Source of the DNA: an uncultured delta proteobacterium | GTDB taxonomy: Bacteria; Desulfobacterota; Binatia; DP-6 | DNA: 64,000 nucleotides | NCBI GenBank assembly: GCA_963815115.1 | Contig: CAWFFN010000007.1 | Location: forward strand, 1,152,001-1,216,000 | Direction: 5' to 3' | Part shown: positions 62,979-64,000 of the stretch, one piece after another | Layout: the number at the start of each line of letters is the position of its first letter | How positions within the stretch are numbered: position 1 is the first letter of the stretch | Made by a program: the position numbers and the translations under genes | Notes under the pieces: generated by a model | The model's input: the letters and a program-made list of their open reading frames with translations, nothing else | Told to the model about the DNA's origin: nothing | Databases searched by the model: none

Positions 62979-63001
62979 GCGCGTTCGATTGAAAGGGAGG
63001 A

Positions 63002-63095
63002 GCGATGGCGAAAAGGAGCGGCCCGGTGAAGCGCCGGGCGATGGCGAAGAGGAGCGCGCCGGTAAAGCGCGGGGCGATGGCGAAGAGGAGCGCGC
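63002..63095 (+). repeat. 36-bp tandem repeat, about 2.6 copies
   Basis: GCGATGGCGAA(A/G)AGGAGCG... repeated every 36 bp. Confidence 0.85.
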
Positions 63096-63436
63096 AGATG
63101 TCGCGGGAGGCACGGGCCGCCTATCGCGAGATCCGGAAGGGGCTCGATCACGTGGCCCGGTCGATCAAGGAGATCCGGATTGGGCTGCGCAAGACCGAGC
63201 GGAGGATCGAGGCGGACGCCCGGAGACGGATTCGCGCGTTGCGCGCGGAGGCCCGGGCCCAGCTCGCGGTGTTGCAATCGCGGCAGGGCGAGGCGGCCCG
63301 CCGGCTCCGGCGGCTCGCGGACGCTGCCGGCGGCTCGTGGCAGGAGATCAAGCAGGCGGCCGACCGCGCCCTGGCCGACGCGCGCACGGTTGCACAGTCC
63401 GTGGCGACCCGCTTCCAGGAGGCGCTCCAGAAGTGA
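63005..63436 (+). CDS. Basic coiled-coil protein with N-terminal 12-aa repeats
   Basis: RBS GGAGGAG; MAKRSGPVKRRA/MAKRSAPVKRGA/MAKRSA; heptad-rich C-terminus. Confidence 0.75.
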   Translation: MAKRSGPVKRRAMAKRSAPVKRGAMAKRSAQMSREARAAYREIRKGLDHVARSIKEIRIGLRKTERRIEADARRRIRALRAEARAQLAVLQSRQGEAARRLRRLADAAGGSWQEIKQAADRALADARTVAQSVATRFQEALQK

Positions 63437-63475
63437 GCCGCTTGACTTGCTCCGGAAGGTGAGCATCGAGCCCGC

Positions 63476-64000
63476 GTGAAGGCTGCTCTCGACAGTATCG
63501 CGCCGCCGGCGCGGGGCCTGTTGGTGCTCGAGGGACGCGCGTTGCTCGAGCTAGCCGCGCTGGGCCCTGCCTACCCGCTGCTCCGGCGGGCGCCACGGGG
63601 TGACGGCCATCCGGTGCTGGTCCTGCCGGGCCTGATGGCCAGCGATTTCTCCACCGGCGCGCTGCGCAGCTTCCTGCGTGCGCGCGGCTACCGGACCCAC
63701 GGCTGGAAGCTGGGTCGCAACCTCGGTCCGACACCGGAGCGCGCCGCCGGCATGGTCGCCCGGCTCGAGGAGCTGCATGCGCAGGAGGGCCGGCGCGTCA
63801 GCCTCATCGGCTGGAGCCTGGGAGGCATCGACGCGAGAGAGCTGGCCCGTCGCTTCCCGTCTCTGGTCCGTCAGGTGATCACCTTGGCGAGCCCGTTCCG
63901 CGACGTGGACGCAACCAACGTGCCCCGCTTCCTGCGCACCGCCGCAACCCGCCGACCACTGCCCGACCAGGAGGCCATGCGCGCCCGGCTCTCGACGCCG
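63476..64000 (+). CDS. Alpha/beta hydrolase (lipase-like), runs off the window end
   Basis: PRGDGHPVLVLPGL, LIGWSLGG, VITLASPF. Confidence 0.9.
   Translation, partial: MKAALDSIAPPARGLLVLEGRALLELAALGPAYPLLRRAPRGDGHPVLVLPGLMASDFSTGALRSFLRARGYRTHGWKLGRNLGPTPERAAGMVARLEELHAQEGRRVSLIGWSLGGIDARELARRFPSLVRQVITLASPFRDVDATNVPRFLRTAATRRPLPDQEAMRARLSTP

Overview
High-GC bacterial DNA. The secreted proteins with Thr-rich linkers and Cys repeats suggest a Ca. Binatia/deltaproteobacterium-like genome (inference only). The left 26 kb (about 114-26384) is an apparently intact, translationally coupled contractile injection system (eCIS, Afp/PVC-like) operon. It encodes a sheath, tube, baseplate/chaperone-like Zn protein, DUF4255 cap, AAA+ ATPase, tube initiator, LysM protein, split hub and gp5 spike, PAAR-like tip, gp25, two baseplate-J proteins, a tail protein, a DUF6519 protein and a polytopic membrane protein. 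Two sigma-54-type promoter motifs lie upstream. The operon carries two candidate effectors that share a QxKCAC..CxxC leader and a Cys-rich HExxH...EC-x-A domain that I do not recognise as a named family, and each is followed by a different small partner gene. No lysis cassette or extended tail fibre is visible in the window. The right 38 kb mixes intact metabolic and secreted-protein genes (diheme peroxidase, LamG protein, modular lipase, GH144/LOG/GH94 beta-1,2-glucan cluster, Hsp70/GrpE pair, UbiG, enoyl-CoA hydratase, CoA-transferase) with many frameshifted genes, short abutting gene fragments and IS110/IS3/IS1380 scars. All family calls come from motif recognition, not database searches.
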